Shown here piece by piece: positions 1-14,404 of a stretch of DNA of 64,000 nucleotides. The stretch is from Eledone cirrhosa (taxonomy: Eukaryota). The position numbers and the translations under genes were made by a program. The stretch is taken from positions 61,194,001-61,258,000 of the forward strand of contig OZ024746.1 of NCBI GenBank assembly GCA_964016885.1, read 5' to 3'. The first letter of the stretch is position 1; each line of letters begins with the position of its first letter. The notes beneath the pieces were generated by a model. It did not search any database. It worked only from the letters and a program-made list of their open reading frames with translations, and was not told the DNA's origin.

Positions 1-168
1 ACATTCTCTATCTCCCCCACTCTCTCTCATATATATATATCCGTCGTTCGTTCTTTGAGCTCGCAACTTTTAATTGTGCTGTCGTGACATAGAGTGTGTC
101 TCGGGTCATTTTAAACTTGCTGGGGTGTATCTTTTTCCACGTCTGGCCACAGCCCATCCGATTTCTTC

Positions 169-220
<52 letters not shown>

Positions 221-304
221 TAAACGGAATAGAAAATGCTGACAAATTGTTCACAGTTGAAAATACCAATATATAATAACTTGTGTGTTACACCTCTATT
301 CTTT

Positions 305-417
<113 letters not shown>

Positions 418-430
418 TGTATACATATAG

Positions 431-520
431 AATCGATCCCAAAGGGATGAAAGACAAAGTCCACCTCGGCGGGAATTTGAACTGAGCACAAAGAAGAACA
501 GAGTGCGCCCTAAGTTGAAA
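431..520 (-). mobile_element. SINE family S1 fragment (tRNA-type head, conserved core)
   Basis: Core GGATGAAAG(a)CAAAGTCCACCTCGGCGGGAATTTGAACT recurs more than 10 times in the window; the reverse complement contains the B-box-like GTTCAAATTCC. Confidence 0.75.
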
Positions 521-873
521 TGCTGTCGAGATCAACATTGTTTTTTATTCTTCCAGGTTCGATATATAGTTTATTGATTGAGGTCGGTGGATTGGAGAAA
601 TTGTTAGTGCATTGGAGACTATTTGTGGTACATATTACGGTTCTTTGTTTTCTGAATTGGAATTTTCCATGTTTTTGGCATCTCTTCGATAGTAAAGTTA
701 TTTTGAAGTGTTTCACTCGAGTCTAACGTGAAAGAAAAATGACTGCTTATGAAACTCCGTCAGTCACTAAGCTAATCTAGACTCCTATATATCAAGATGG
801 TATGACTGGATTTTTATTCAATTTTCATAAAACAGAGAGAGAGAAACAGAGAGAGAGAGAAGCAGAGAGAGAG

Positions 874-943
<70 letters not shown>

Positions 944-1048
944 AAAAATGGATGACGTAGGAATCTTGCTGACTCATAAATTGCGTATTAATAAACAATT
1001 GCCCTCGTTCTCTTTCCTTGGCACTTCACGTCTTTTTCTCTTTTCAAT

Positions 1049-1121
<73 letters not shown>

Positions 1122-1541
1122 CTCTCTCTCTCCCATCACGCTTGTCCTCTCGCTCTCACCTCTCACTTTCTAAACATCTCTATTTCTCACTCTCTGTCCC
1201 CCCCTCTCTCTCTCTGACACCCCATCCCTCTCTCTCTCTCCACCATCGTCTGATGTGCAAACATGTCGTACTAGCCAACACTGATAATACACACCGACTG
1301 ACATCAGTCAGGTAGGCGCCGGTCCGTAGTTCAGTTAGCCAAGCCTGACCTTTTCTAAAGTCACGTCATGTACACGGAATACAATAGCACTAGGAAATAA
1401 TGGTTAGCTTATAAAGACATTCGTTGTTCTAACTATTGTTCTTTTTGTTTCTAGAAATTTTCAATATACTTGTATGTTTATCGCTTTTGGTATTCACAAC
1501 GTATGCAATAGTAATGTGCGTTTCTTTCTATACAAATACCC

Positions 1542-1572
<31 letters not shown>

Positions 1573-1610
1573 CATACATACATACATACATACATACATA
1601 CATACATACA

Positions 1611-2227
1611 TGGTGGCTGCCAACTCGTTTTCGAGTACGGCCACTACTTTATATCCATGTAGGAGAACCCCTACCGATGCGCTGAACGAGTGTGACTTTT
1701 TAGTCCAGCCAGCGACTTGAAAACTCTGGTACAAACACTATACTTGTGACAATTATTGACACATAGTGCTGTGCTCATGGTACCATGTGACGACAAGTGC
1801 AGAGAGATCTCCAGATATAAAGCAATGCCTGTGCCATGAAGCTTTTATAGTGAGCAAAGGCACTGCACAAAGCCAGTCCCACTCTCTTAACCAAGATGAT
1901 ATTTACCAAAAAGAAGAACAAGTCAACATCATTGGATACCATCAGGGTTGCAGGTGTTATATCAGAGTTTTCCGTCTCCTAGAATTCTGCCTTGACAAAG
2001 GCTAAGGGGTCATCTCTCCCGGTGATTTTGGATGGCCATTGACTCTTAAGAGCTCCTTTGCTTTTTGACAGGTTTAGTTTTTAGTCCTGCAGGATGTCCA
2101 AAGTCACCCTCCTCACCAAGAAACCTTGGTGAGGAGGGTGACTTTGTCAGGTCACCAGTTGGCGCTACTGGTAACATGTATCCCAGTACAACCTGTCTCA
2201 TGATCGGGTCGTTGGCGACTAAACTGA
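1611..2227 (+). mobile_element. Degenerate insert between (CATA)n tracts, possibly an R4/Dong-like LINE 3' remnant
   Basis: Flanked on both sides by (CATA)n, like the R4/Dong fragment at 41976-42943; only weak residual protein similarity; contains a 22-bp perfect hairpin at 2099-2146. Confidence 0.3.
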
Positions 2228-2289
2228 CATACATACATACACACCGACATACATCCATAGATACATACAGACATACCGACATACATACA

Positions 2290-2410
2290 TATCCGTAGTA
2301 AGAAGAGCACTCAGTCCATAGGACGAGTTCGGTATAAAGTTAGTTCCACAACATATTAGGAAACGATCTTCGAGGACACGTGTTTCACTTAATGGATTTT
2401 CAACTCGAGT
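2290..2410 (-). mobile_element. HHR element family A copy with degenerate hammerhead (2370-2408)
   Basis: Shares ATCCGTAGT..AGAGCACTCAGTCC..GGACGAGTT with 15299-15337 and 60877-60913. Minus strand reads TCGAG-TTGAAAA-tccattaagt-GAAAC-acgt-GTC-CTCGA (core mutated, stem I intact). Confidence 0.6.
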
Positions 2411-3120
2411 GAAGTTGTGCTGAAAAACGGAAGTTTATATGAGTTGACCAAGTTATTTAACTTTAGATTAAGAGAAATTTTATCCGGCTTCCACCTGTTT
2501 ATGCCGACTGCCATGTCATCCATCTGTCTTTATACGCCCCCCCCCCCCCCCCCAAAAAAAAACTTCTCTGTTCACCATCGGCGTTCTAAACTCTCACACC
2601 ATCCACTTCGATATCTTCTTATGGAATCAACCAAAGTGACCTGCAAGTTTCATTCTCCTCTGCCTTATCTTTTCCGTTCGTTACTAGTAAAAGCTATTGA
2701 TACAATTCTCTGCTGGTCAGTTTCTGTTTCTATGAAACGTTAAGTACTATTTATATCATTTTTGTATCCTACATTGACGCTAAACTCCGCCAGTTGGTTC
2801 TGGAATGTAGAGAGCTTCTTGTATAGCAGTGATCAATTCTCTTTTCTGGTTGCTTTGTTATATGCCATGCTACTGGTCCATATAAAAGAACAGACTCCAT
2901 TGTTGTGATAAAATGTCTTTCTTTAAGCCTTCTGCTCATCCATGATGTCTATATCCCTTTCAACTTGTCGCACGCTGACCAAACAAACTGACCAGCCCTT
3001 TTCACTTGAAAATCTTTTTCATTGCTTTCCAGCTTGTCTCTTGCTCAATACGAATTTATAACAACGAACTTGAAAATCCTTATTTATTCCATACACCTTC
3101 CCCACACACGCATGTGTGTA

Positions 3121-3184
<64 letters not shown>

Positions 3185-3185
3185 A

Positions 3186-3269
<84 letters not shown>

Positions 3270-4376
3270 ACACACACATATATATGTGTGTGTATATGTA
3301 TATTGTATCACGTGTTAACTCCTCCCTCCACCTCTAGAGATTTTCTCACGAACGCGTCAAGGAAACCGTCCTTTTTTCTGAGGAGTCTCTTGATAAGCCG
3401 TATCAACCTCACAACGATGATGCATTTTTATAGTGCAGAACGTTGCACACGGATCTGCGAAACTGCAGTCGGGACTTTGAAGAAAAAATAGGTATATTTT
3501 TGTCTATTATTTCCTCATATTTTATAATTATATATGTACTAGCTGACCCGTCCGGATGGCTCCGGCTAGGTATACCGGCATTTTATCTTTTACGCACTTT
3601 GATTATCTATACATACAAGCAATATTTGTTAAAATGCTGTTGAAGTGTGTATACATTTTTTGGACACCCTGTATATATATAAGTATATAATACTGAAAAC
3701 ATATAATAACTGAATGAAAATCGCGAAGAAAGTCTAAAATAAACTCTAGCTCTATCAAACTAGACTATAGAAAAGAATGACGGTAAAGAAATGTGGGTGT
3801 CTCGTACGTTTAAATGTCGCTTGGGGTGAATATAATTAATATTTCTATTGGTGTGTCTGATTCACCGTCGCCAGTTATAGTGTTTGTTCGTTATTATATA
3901 CCACAGCCATTTTTATTATCGTAGTTTGAAATACAACGTAATCAAACAATTATTGAGTACAATCCAGTTATGGCTAGCACAATTGTCAATTGTCTTCTAC
4001 GTAAGCAATATTTTCTCTTTAACAATGGAGCTATTAACATTCTAACAGTGTCTCTCAAACATAGTCAATGTTGTTGTTGACATTACTCTTCGTATTGTTT
4101 CGAATTTTAGTTGGGTTATTTTTGTTCCGTTTTTTTCTTCTCTTCTTTTGGCGTCCTGATCTTTCTCTTTCCATCATCAATGTCTGTTCCTCACAAGTAT
4201 TTCCCTCTCCCCACCATATTCTCTTTATAAAACTACGTTAACTCAAACTGTGAGTAACAATTGAAATATTATGTCTTTGTTTGTCATTTCTTGCTTTTTT
4301 AAGCCAACTAAAATTTATTGAATCGTTAACAAATATTTTTTCTTCTCCCCTCTTCCCTCTCTCTCCTTCTCATCAC

Positions 4377-4427
<51 letters not shown>

Positions 4428-4701
4428 TAACAAATGGAAACTATATTTATAAAACCATATTTATTTCATTATACATATTTCAAGGGCCACCCAGTCAAAC
4501 TATGGTGCACTATCATCAGATAAAATATAATATAGGTTAGTTTTATAAATAAATATTGACATACCCTGAAAAAATGCAACCATTCTGGTTGGAATCTCCT
4601 GGATATATTGTATATTTACTCCAATAATTTGTTGAGTGCTTTATATCAGTTATAAAAATATTTTGCTTGTTGTATCCCAACAAATTAAATATAACCTCTA
4701 C

Positions 4702-4795
<94 letters not shown>

Positions 4796-4994
4796 GTATA
4801 CATATACATATATCAAGTAAAATAACGGATTAAAGGACTCACGTATAATCTTGTAATGAAAACACACTCTCCTGTGTTTTACCTCTCTATAGTGTATGTT
4901 ATGCTGTATGTGTTTGTGTATTTATGCCCTCACGGCTTTCTTTGTACTGTGTATCAGTCTTTAATACCTGTAAATTACATTTCTTTATTGATTT

Positions 4995-6654
4995 ACTAGC
5001 AGTAAAGCCCGGCGTTGCTCGGGGTCGCTCAGTAGCTGTGTTAAAGTTACAATGTTAAGTTTCTTTTTTGGCTTAAAAACTGTAGTGTCTACTGTGCAGA
5101 CTTGCATGTGATGTTTTTGATTAATATTCCCTCAACCAACAATATGCCTTATGAAGTTAAGAAAACATAACGATAACCCGAATGTTATAACAAAAGAGGA
5201 TGCTGGGGATAGAAACTGCACTGGTTATTTATTAACAAAGATCGAAAATGTAAACACTGCAACGCAGAGAAAAACATTAGCGTAACCAAATTATCAGTTA
5301 TGTCTGTCTGCACGCCTATATCACCTCTCTGCACGACTATCTGTCTGCACGCCTATATCACCTCTCTGCACGACTGTCTGTCTGCACGCCTATATCACCT
5401 CTCTGCACGACTGTCTGTCTGCACGTCTATATCACCTCTCTGCACGACTGTCTGTCTGCACGCGTATATCACCTCTCTGCACGACTGTCTGTCTGCACGA
5501 CTGTCTGTCTGCACGCCTAACGACGAAATATTTGCTTGTTTTACGTAGTCTTTAAATAGACTTGTTTTCAAGTAAAAATATTGTTTTAAAATGCTTTTAA
5601 ATGGAAATGAAGCAAAACGGAAGCTTAGTGTTCGAACTGATGAATTTTGCAGGTCAATAAAAGTTACAATGTTAAGTTTCTTTCTTGGCTTAAAAACTGT
5701 AGTGTCTACTGTGCAGACTTGCATGTGGTGTTTTTGATTAATATTCCCTCAACCAACAATATGCCTTATGAAGTTAAGAAAACATAACGATAACCCGAAT
5801 GTTATAACAAAAGAGGATGCTGGGGATAGAAACTGCACTGGTTATTTATTAACAAAGATCGAAAATGTAAACACTGCAACGCAGAGAAAAACATTAGCGT
5901 AACCAAATTATCAGTTATGTCTGTCTGCACGCCTATATCACCTCTCTGCACGACTATCTGTCTGCACGCCTATATCACCTCTCTGCACGACTACTGTCTG
6001 CACGCGTATATCACCTCTCTGCACGACTGTCTGTCTGCACGACTGTCTGTCTGCACGCCTAACGACGAAATATTTGCTTGTTTTACGTAGTCTTTAAATA
6101 GACTTGTTTTCAAGTAAAAATATTGTTTTAAAATGCTTTTAAATGGAAATGAAGCAAAACGGGGTCGCTCAGTAGCTGTGTTAAAGTTACAATGTTAAGT
6201 TTCTTTTTTGGCTTAAAAACTGTAGTGTCTACTGTGCAGACTTGCATGTGGTGTTTTTGATTAATATTCCCTCAACCAACAATATGCCTTATGAAGTTAA
6301 GAAAACATAACGATAACCCGAATGTTATAACAAAAGAGGATGCTGGGGATAAAAACTGCACTGGTTATTTATTAACAAAGACTGAGAAAGCCAGCGTAAT
6401 TTTTTACGTAAGACGCTCAATGTAAACAGAACAAAGGGAAATAACTGATAACTTACGCTCAAAAATCGATACATTATATTCGATTTCGTCACATAGGGTG
6501 GGTCAATTTGAAATTTTTTTTTTTTCCGATGTCTTCGCTAAGGCTCAATGTACAAGTATAGCAATTTCGGTGGAATTCCGTGAGAGATTCTAAGAGGAGA
6601 TGTGTGCCAAAAATCGATAGACAGACAGACAACCACAGTTTTATATATATAGAT
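4995..6654 (+). mobile_element. Non-autonomous Helitron/Helentron-like (DINE/Lep1-type) element with internal tandem duplications
   Basis: Starts ACTAGCAGTAAAGCCCGGCGTTGCTCGGG and ends (GACA)n...TTTTATATATATAGAT. An internal 500-620 bp block restarts at ~5022, ~5660 and ~6161. The same terminus occurs at 13592-13620 (-) and 40290. Confidence 0.65.
5300..5520. repeat. 37-bp minisatellite (GTCTGTCTGCACGCCTATATCACCTCTCTGCACGACT); a second array lies at ~5918-6060
   Basis: Direct tandem units visible; CACGCC at 5311, 5348 and 5385. Confidence 0.9.
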
Positions 6655-7115
6655 AAGAAGAAATATCATTTGATGGTTCTAGCTCAAGAAATTTGTTGGA
6701 AGTTATTTCTGACGAAAGAGTCTGTAGTTAAGAGTAGACTAGTCAAAACAGTTTTTTAATAGAAAGGGCTATTTTCGTTTAAATATGAAAAGTAGACAAA
6801 CAGAAATACATATGTTCAATTTTCGTATTATGTAATGAATAATTAAACCGTTTTTGATTATATATAGTCTCAGTTGATTCAACTTAATTATCGTATAGTT
6901 AATTCAGTCCAAAGAAACAAGGAATGTAATTAAGAGTGATTAAAATATAACAACGTATTAATATGTATTCGATTGATAAATATTAAAATCTGGGCTGGAG
7001 AAAACTCGTGCTAAGTAACTATCTCCTTATTTGAATATATATATATATATATATATCCCTTCCACATACTGTACCGATTTGTGTTGTTATTTCTGTTTAC
7101 CTTTTACACACATAA

Positions 7116-7248
<133 letters not shown>

Positions 7249-7361
7249 ATTTAAGTATCGTGAGAGAGAAGAAGAGGTTTAAAGGGATAAGCGATACATA
7301 TAGTTAGTTGCCAAAAGGTTGTGTATTTGTGCTCAATACTTGTGCTTACAGGGTTAAATAT

Positions 7362-7402
7362 GCCCCTGAGAAGCCCTTTTCGGGCGAAACGTACGTAGGT
7401 GC
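7362..7402 (+). ncRNA. Minimal hammerhead ribozyme motif (core variant)
   Basis: gccc-CTGAGAA-GCCCttttcGGGC-GAAAC-gtac-GTA-ggtgc; palindromic GTAC stem III loop; one core deviation; lies in a ~205-bp insert between two (TA)n tracts. Confidence 0.6.
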
Positions 7403-7448
7403 TTTTATATAAACATGTTCTAACAGTATATATTCTCCTTTGTAATCC

Positions 7449-7495
<47 letters not shown>

Positions 7496-7742
7496 GGAGG
7501 TGAGTTTTATTGTAGCACAATAAAGCAATGCAAATATCGGATAAGTAGCACTCAACAGTTTATAGGACTGGAGTATAAATAATATAAGATCAAAAGATGG
7601 TTAAAAGAGTTCCAAGTATTTTATTATGCGCATTTCAAAAACAAATATCATCATGGGATGATATTTGCGTTCTCATCAGATAAAATAGGGAGACATGATA
7701 TGAAGCTTAAAAAACACTTGCGAGCAGTGAAGTGTTAAATCA

Positions 7743-7829
<87 letters not shown>

Positions 7830-8032
7830 TACATATATATATATCCTCTATATCCTCTATATCTCTTTCTCATTCCCCCCCCCCCTCTCTCTCTCTCTCA
7901 CAATCTATCTTTCTTTGGAAGAAATCTGCTGTACTCAGGCCTGGAGAGGGATGGGCTCCGTCAGGCTTAAAATGCCTAAGAAACGCCCTATATCAATACG
8001 GCGCTCCTACGACTCTATCAGGAGTTACGAGA

Positions 8033-8127
<95 letters not shown>

Positions 8128-8384
8128 CACATTAAGCAATCAACTTTTAGAATCGTTGAGCAATAGGAAGTAAAAGAAGTTGAAAGCAGCCTTAATGTTG
8201 TTTGACTATGACAAATAAGACTTATAAGTTGAGTATATAAACCTGGAGATGGCGTACAAAATATTTTCCATCTTCAGAGTTAAAATGTCCAACTTATAAA
8301 ACTATTTTCTTTTACAGTAAAACAACGTTGATGCTTTTTTTCCAAAATCTCAATATATATTAAGAATATAATAATATAACCGTT

Positions 8385-8948
8385 TCTACTTTTGGCACAA
8401 GGCCAACTTGCATTACTGGTACTTTATTCTATCGACCCCGTAAGGATGAAAGACAAAGTTAATCTCGGCGGGATTTAAACGCAGAATGGAAAGGGCCGTA
8501 ACTCTATGCGTCAAAGCATGGCATCCGCCCTTCTACTGATTCTGCCAATAATAATATAATTGTTTCTCCCTTTTGGCACAAGGCCAGCAATTACCCAGTG
8601 CATTACCGGTACTTTATTTTATCGACCTTGTAAGGATGAAAGGCAAAGTTAACCTCGGCGGGATTTGAACTCAGAATGACAAGGGCCGTAACTCTATGCG
8701 TCCGACCCTCTACCGATACTGCCAATAATAATATAATGCTTACAGAACGAAAACACAAACATATAATTGTTTCTACATTTGGCACAAGGCCAGCAATTAC
8801 CCAGTACATTACTGGTACTTTATTTTATCGACCCCGTAAGGATGAAAGGCAAAGTTAACCTCGGCGGGATTTGAACTCAGACTGTAAAGGGACGTAACTA
8901 TGCTGGAAAGCATGGTGTCCAACCCTCTACCGATACTGCCAATTCACC
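8385..8948 (-). mobile_element. Three tandem SINE S1 copies
   Basis: TTTGGCACAAGGCCA...GGATGAAAGGCAAAGTTAACCTCGGCGGGATTTGAACTCAGA...TACCGATACTGCCAAT repeated three times. Confidence 0.85.
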
Positions 8949-9836
8949 GATAATATATACAAATATACACGGATAAAAGACAGAAACACCAAAAGAAGAA
9001 AAAAGGGGGGCGGTGTTGCAATTCACCACCAAGTGCGACAATCAGCCGCACATCACATCTTAGGGGTTAACTAAACATTTTGAGGCAAGCCAACATGCTC
9101 ATAGGATTGCCACGGGTGATGGCGAGGCTAAGGCGCTGAAACAACCAGGCACCCTCGCGGGAATCACCTGACACCTCAGGAAGTCGAACCGCCAGCGATG
9201 ACAAGATCTTCGCAGTCAGTGGCTCAACTCTACCAAACATCTAGAAACGCCACAGGCTGGAAAAAATGATTACTGGATAAATCTATAATTTTAGTGTGAA
9301 TACATGTATCCCAAACGCTGGTATTTATTCACCTTTCTCAAAAATTCTTTATTTTTGACAATTCGAAACAATTTCTAAATTTATTTTTCGATATGAAATT
9401 ATTTCTGTATTAATTTCTAAATTTACTGCATCACTTTCAAATATCATTTAAGCGTGAAACTGCCAAATCAGTCACATGGCTTTCTATCTTGCTATCGTAA
9501 CTATCCTATAATTTCATTAGGTAGAATGCCATTAGCGAACATTGAATTGGTTTTTAGAAAAGTTATTTGTTTATTGTGCGTTGTTTATTTTCAGTTTATT
9601 TCAATATTTGTTTATAAACCAATGAACACTGGACGTGAGTGGAAATAGTAATTGATTCAGTGGTAGGGATTATAGATACACATCACAAATATACACATAA
9701 ATACACAGACGCGCATATACACATATACACATATACACATATACATATATAGTGTAATGGTTCATATAGCGTATAGATACATTCACAGACGCACACATGT
9801 ATATATATATGTATATATATATATATGTATATATAC

Positions 9837-9899
<63 letters not shown>

Positions 9900-9929
9900 T
9901 ATCTATTTATCTATCTATCTTTCTATCTT

Positions 9930-10104
9930 TGGCAGTATCGGTAGAGCGTCAGACACCATGCTTTGCAGCATAGAGTTATGGCCCTTTACGTTCTGGGTTA
10001 AAATCCTGCTGAGGTTAACTTTGCCTTTCATCCTCATGGGGGTCGATAAAATAAAGTACCAGTCATGCACTGGGGTAATTGCTGGCCTTGTGCCAAAAGT
10101 AGAA
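9930..10104 (+). mobile_element. SINE S1 copy
   Basis: Reverse complement of the 8385-8948 units. Confidence 0.8.
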
Positions 10105-10127
10105 ATATATCCTATCTATGTCTCCCC

Positions 10128-10367
10128 AATGTAGGGAAGATGGGAACACTTACAAAACGTGTTCCTGGTGTTGAGGGTTGTTCTATCCACGGGGTGTAAA
10201 ACAACCCTGCAGTAACGTTCCCCCCTATTGGGGATTTCAATTATTTTATTATATATAGTTTATTGTTATTTATTAATGTTAAAGTTATATGATTGTTATG
10301 TAAAACCCCCGCCGTCACCTCTTGTAATGTCCCATTTTTGTACGCCCCTGTGGCAAATAAAGAAAGA
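10128..10367 (+). mobile_element. 5'-truncated retroposon 3' end with 15-bp target-site duplication
   Basis: TATCTATGTCTCCCC at 10113-10127 and 10368-10382; ends GTGGCAAATAAAGAAA; related copy on the minus strand at ~45398-45530. Confidence 0.7.
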
Positions 10368-10409
10368 TATCTATGTCTCCCCCCCCCGTCTCTCTCTCTC
10401 TCTCTCTCC

Positions 10410-10455
<46 letters not shown>

Positions 10456-10585
10456 ATGTACACTCAAAAACAGATCACCAAGGTTTAACAATAAATACAT
10501 TACTTATTTGACTTACATATGTTTCATTCTCCAAAGGCTGTGTATTTTCGATACCTTTGTAGAGAAATCATCAGAATAATTATAC

Positions 10586-10618
<33 letters not shown>

Positions 10619-10701
10619 ACATCACCACCATCAGCACCATCACTACACCTAGCGCTTCAGTTGCTGCTGCTGCTACCACCACCACCACCACCACCACCAC
10701 C

Positions 10702-10744
<43 letters not shown>

Positions 10745-11007
10745 ACCGCATTGCTGTGCCAAAGCGAAAGATCCGGTACGAAGGTTTCCCTGTAAAGCAC
10801 CACATATTCATAGGAGTAGTCACGTGGTTTAAAGTTACCCCACTTGAGAGAGATATTGGAATAACCCGTGCTCACAACTTGTACTTTGTATTGTCCTGAA
10901 AAAAATAAAGAAAAACAAAATAAAACTTTTATACATGATTGTTGTTGTTGTTGTTGTTGTTGTTTATCCCTACACAGGGCCTGTGATACCAATTAGGCAA
11001 TTAGATA

Positions 11008-11140
11008 ACTTAGTGGTTAGAGCATTGGGCTTGCAATCGAAAGGTTGTGAGTTCAATTCTCGGACCGGGTGATGTGTTGTTTCCTTGAGCAAGACACTTT
11101 ATTTCACGTTGCTCCAGTTTTACTCAGCTGTAGAAATGAG
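11008..11140 (+). mobile_element. tRNA-derived SINE family S2, 5' part
   Basis: A-box-like TAGTGGTTAGAGC and B-box-like GAGTTCAATTCT, followed by TTGAGCAAGACACTTTATTTCACGTTGCTCCAGT. Confidence 0.75.
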
Positions 11141-11642
11141 ATGATAGGACTGTGGTCCCTATCATTAAAATTACCCAAGACACCTCCAACGGGATATACC
11201 TTGGAGGAGGCCAGCTAAACTTGCATAGGTGTGAGCTGTCACACACACACATTAAGGAGCAAACCTCAAAGGAGTGCTTTCCATCACATCTTTTACCGGT
11301 GCCATGATGAAGTTAATTTCTCCAGCTCACCTTGTCCAGCATTACCCTCTGAATTTCCCTTGCCTTCAATCCGGTCAGCTCTTGTGACGTTTCACCTGTC
11401 GGGATAACGTGAGTCTCCTACGCCATATGATGTAAGAAGGGCAACGGTGTGAACCGTAGTGCAATATATTTGCTATGTGTGTTTTCCACAGTTTTATAAA
11501 CATTTATATAATTAACTCAAATATATAATTTTATGCAATCAATAAATAAACCATTAAATATCTTTGCCGCGCAACAACATTCTGGAAATGTCCAAAGTGG
11601 AGGAGAGGGTTACATGGTGTAATAATTTGTGACATATGGTTG

Positions 11643-11912
11643 TCTTAAGCCAGACGGTTCATTTGGCGGGTGCTTATTCCGGTTTTAATGGCTTGAAGCG
11701 ACAGAGAGTACAAGACTCTCCCCTGGACAGGACGCCGGTCCATCGCAGGATTAAAGCCCCAGCTATTGCTGGTACTCCTTTTCAGTTGAGTATACTGGAG
11801 CAGCGTGAAATGAAGTGTTTTGCTCAAGAACAGAACACGCAACCCAGGAATCGAACCCATGACTTTATGATCGTAAGTCCAACACCCTTACTACTAGGCC
11901 ACGTGCCTCCAT
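11643..11912 (-). mobile_element. tRNA-derived SINE S2, near full length
   Basis: Minus strand has TGGCCTAGTAGTAAGG (A box) and GGTTCGATTCC (B box); homologous to 24850-25110. Confidence 0.8.
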
Positions 11913-13232
11913 GAGTGTGAACTATGTGGTAGAAAATGCTGCAGGTTTAGTCTTTTTTTAGTGTAGACAGAGCAAGAGGTGTCAAAAAACTAGGTTTTCG
12001 GTTCGCTAAATTGTAAGTTGAAATTGGTGCATAACTAAGAAACGCAGCGCACATTTTAGAGCTAACCTAGGGTGTTAGCTATTCAACCCTATATTAGGTG
12101 AAAATATTAAGTTAGCATTTTAAACATTTCTAATATAGATATTTAGATAATCCACAGAGAAATACTGGCATCTCTTTCTGTTGCAAATCCAAGTACATAA
12201 CCGTTAGATTTCCCTCCCACCAAAAATGACAAGAGATTTAGTAAAGAAAAAAAAAAGAAAAAACACACAAACAAACTGTGTCTTTGGAATCCCCACCCTA
12301 ACAAAGTATTTATAATATCGGAGAATATAGTTCAGCAACAAAATGGCTTTAAGGATGCTCAGTCCCTTTCACATCAAGTTCACATCAAGTTCACATCACT
12401 GCACTACTAGCTGTTTAAACTAGGGTTTAAATCTCAAGTCAGTGTGACCTGAAGCCATTTTGTCCCTGCAACGCAATTTGCAGCATTGTACTTTTATAGA
12501 AGTAACAAAAAAAAAAAAAAAAAATTATAATTAAAGACGGACGAATATTATTACGATTAAAATAATGCATGAAATAGAATAAAAATAAATTAGTTAAGTA
12601 AAACATGGGATTGAAAGAAAAAGGAATTAAAAGTTAATTAAAATAGGTTCTCATTGCGAAAATCTTTCCAACTGGAAGCTGTAATTACAGAAATGTGACT
12701 GAAAGCTGATGATATTTCTGAAGGTCAAACAAGAGTGTGGCATTACTTTAGAAACATAGACAGATATAGTAGTTTTGCGAGGTGAGGTGGCTGTTGCAGC
12801 GGGTGTCACTGGCCATTGTCCGCGGGAATTCTTTTGCGGTTTTGTCCATGGGGCGCAACTCCAATACCACTCCACCCTAGGCCTATCACCATCACCCCCT
12901 TCTCCTCCCCATTCTTCTGTGATACTAGATCCCTTGCCTTTCCCTTCCTTTACCATTTTCATGACCACAAAAGACACTTGAAAATTCAATGTATCTCTAC
13001 TTTGTGTTGTGAGTAATGTTTTTATTTGCTTATGTATGTTCAATATTTGAATAAAGTAAATACTTTCCATCAATTTGAAACATGACAACATATATGAACT
13101 AACAAGTAAAAGAAACATGACAAAAGGTCGACCAAGCCACCGGTTATGAGCTTTGATTTAATTTAACAAGTTCCACTCTGGCTACATACCAGTGGTTTCC
13201 AACATTTTCTCTCACAAGGACATTTTATTTAA

Positions 13233-13449
13233 CCCTTTAGTATTTAAACCGGCCATATCCAGTCAGAATTCTCTCACCGCTTTCTGTTCAAAACGGCCAT
13301 AACCGGCCACTCATACTGACATTAAGGTATTGTTCTCCCAATAATAACATCATCAAAATCTCATAGATTCCATATTATGTGAGATAATTATGTGATATAA
13401 AGCCTTTGCCATGAAAATATAATAGTAGAGTAATGTAAATGCTAAAGGG
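13233..13449. mobile_element. piggyBac-like MITE
   Basis: TIRs CCCTTTAG(t/c)ATTTA...TAAATGCTAAAGGG, with TTAA on the left; inverted homolog at 37293-37500. Confidence 0.7.
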
Positions 13450-13991
13450 TAAGGAATTTATTCCACTAAAATTATTTGCCTATTCACCCAAGGCGACTTC
13501 ACTTTTTATTAGGACTTCTGCATCAATTGGTGAACATACGTTGAAACTGTTTCAGAAAAGAGGGATAAACAGGCCAATCTATGTTTAGAATCCCGAGCAA
13601 CGCCGGGCCATTCTGCTAGTAACAACTAAAAGAGAGAAATATTTATACTTAGAGAAAAATGGATACTCAGTAGTATACGTAAATTATTATTAAAACAAAG
13701 TACTTGAACATTTCAACGTAGATTATGAACTGAATGTGTCCACGGACACGAGGTAGAGAAGCGATGCTCAAACAACTCCACTCATATTGTTCTTACACTA
13801 ATCTGACGAGGGTTAGAAAATAGAAACGACTCGCATTGGATTTATTAATAGAGAGTTCAGTGATGTTTCTAACCGACACGAATGTTTCACGCATGCACAG
13901 ACAGACATACACTCGTATATATATTATACCATTAAATCTATCAGAAGAAGGGTTCACCTTAGTATCCAGGTAATTTCATCCAATGATTTAT

Positions 13992-14035
<44 letters not shown>

Positions 14036-14131
14036 AGAGAGAGAGGGGAGATAGTTATATAGATATATAGATACATACATATATATATAGATAGATATAC
14101 ATATATATATATATGTATGTATGTATGTATG

Positions 14132-14192
<61 letters not shown>

Positions 14193-14404
14193 ACTAGAGA
14201 TTGATTAACATATAAAAATACATGAATAATCACAGGAGATAATTTTTTTGCTTGCGTGTAACCGCGCATAGCTAGTTTAGGCAATATTTACCTTTAAGGA
14301 TATATGGCGCATGCATTATGTCATGACACCCATGATTTCGATTTAGATTAAATTCATTTAATTCATTTATCTTAATTTTGGACTTAGATATATATATATA
14401 TATA

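Noticed and set aside
11008-11075. tRNA-like sequence with A and B boxes
   Set aside because: No complete cloverleaf; it continues directly into the SINE S2 body.
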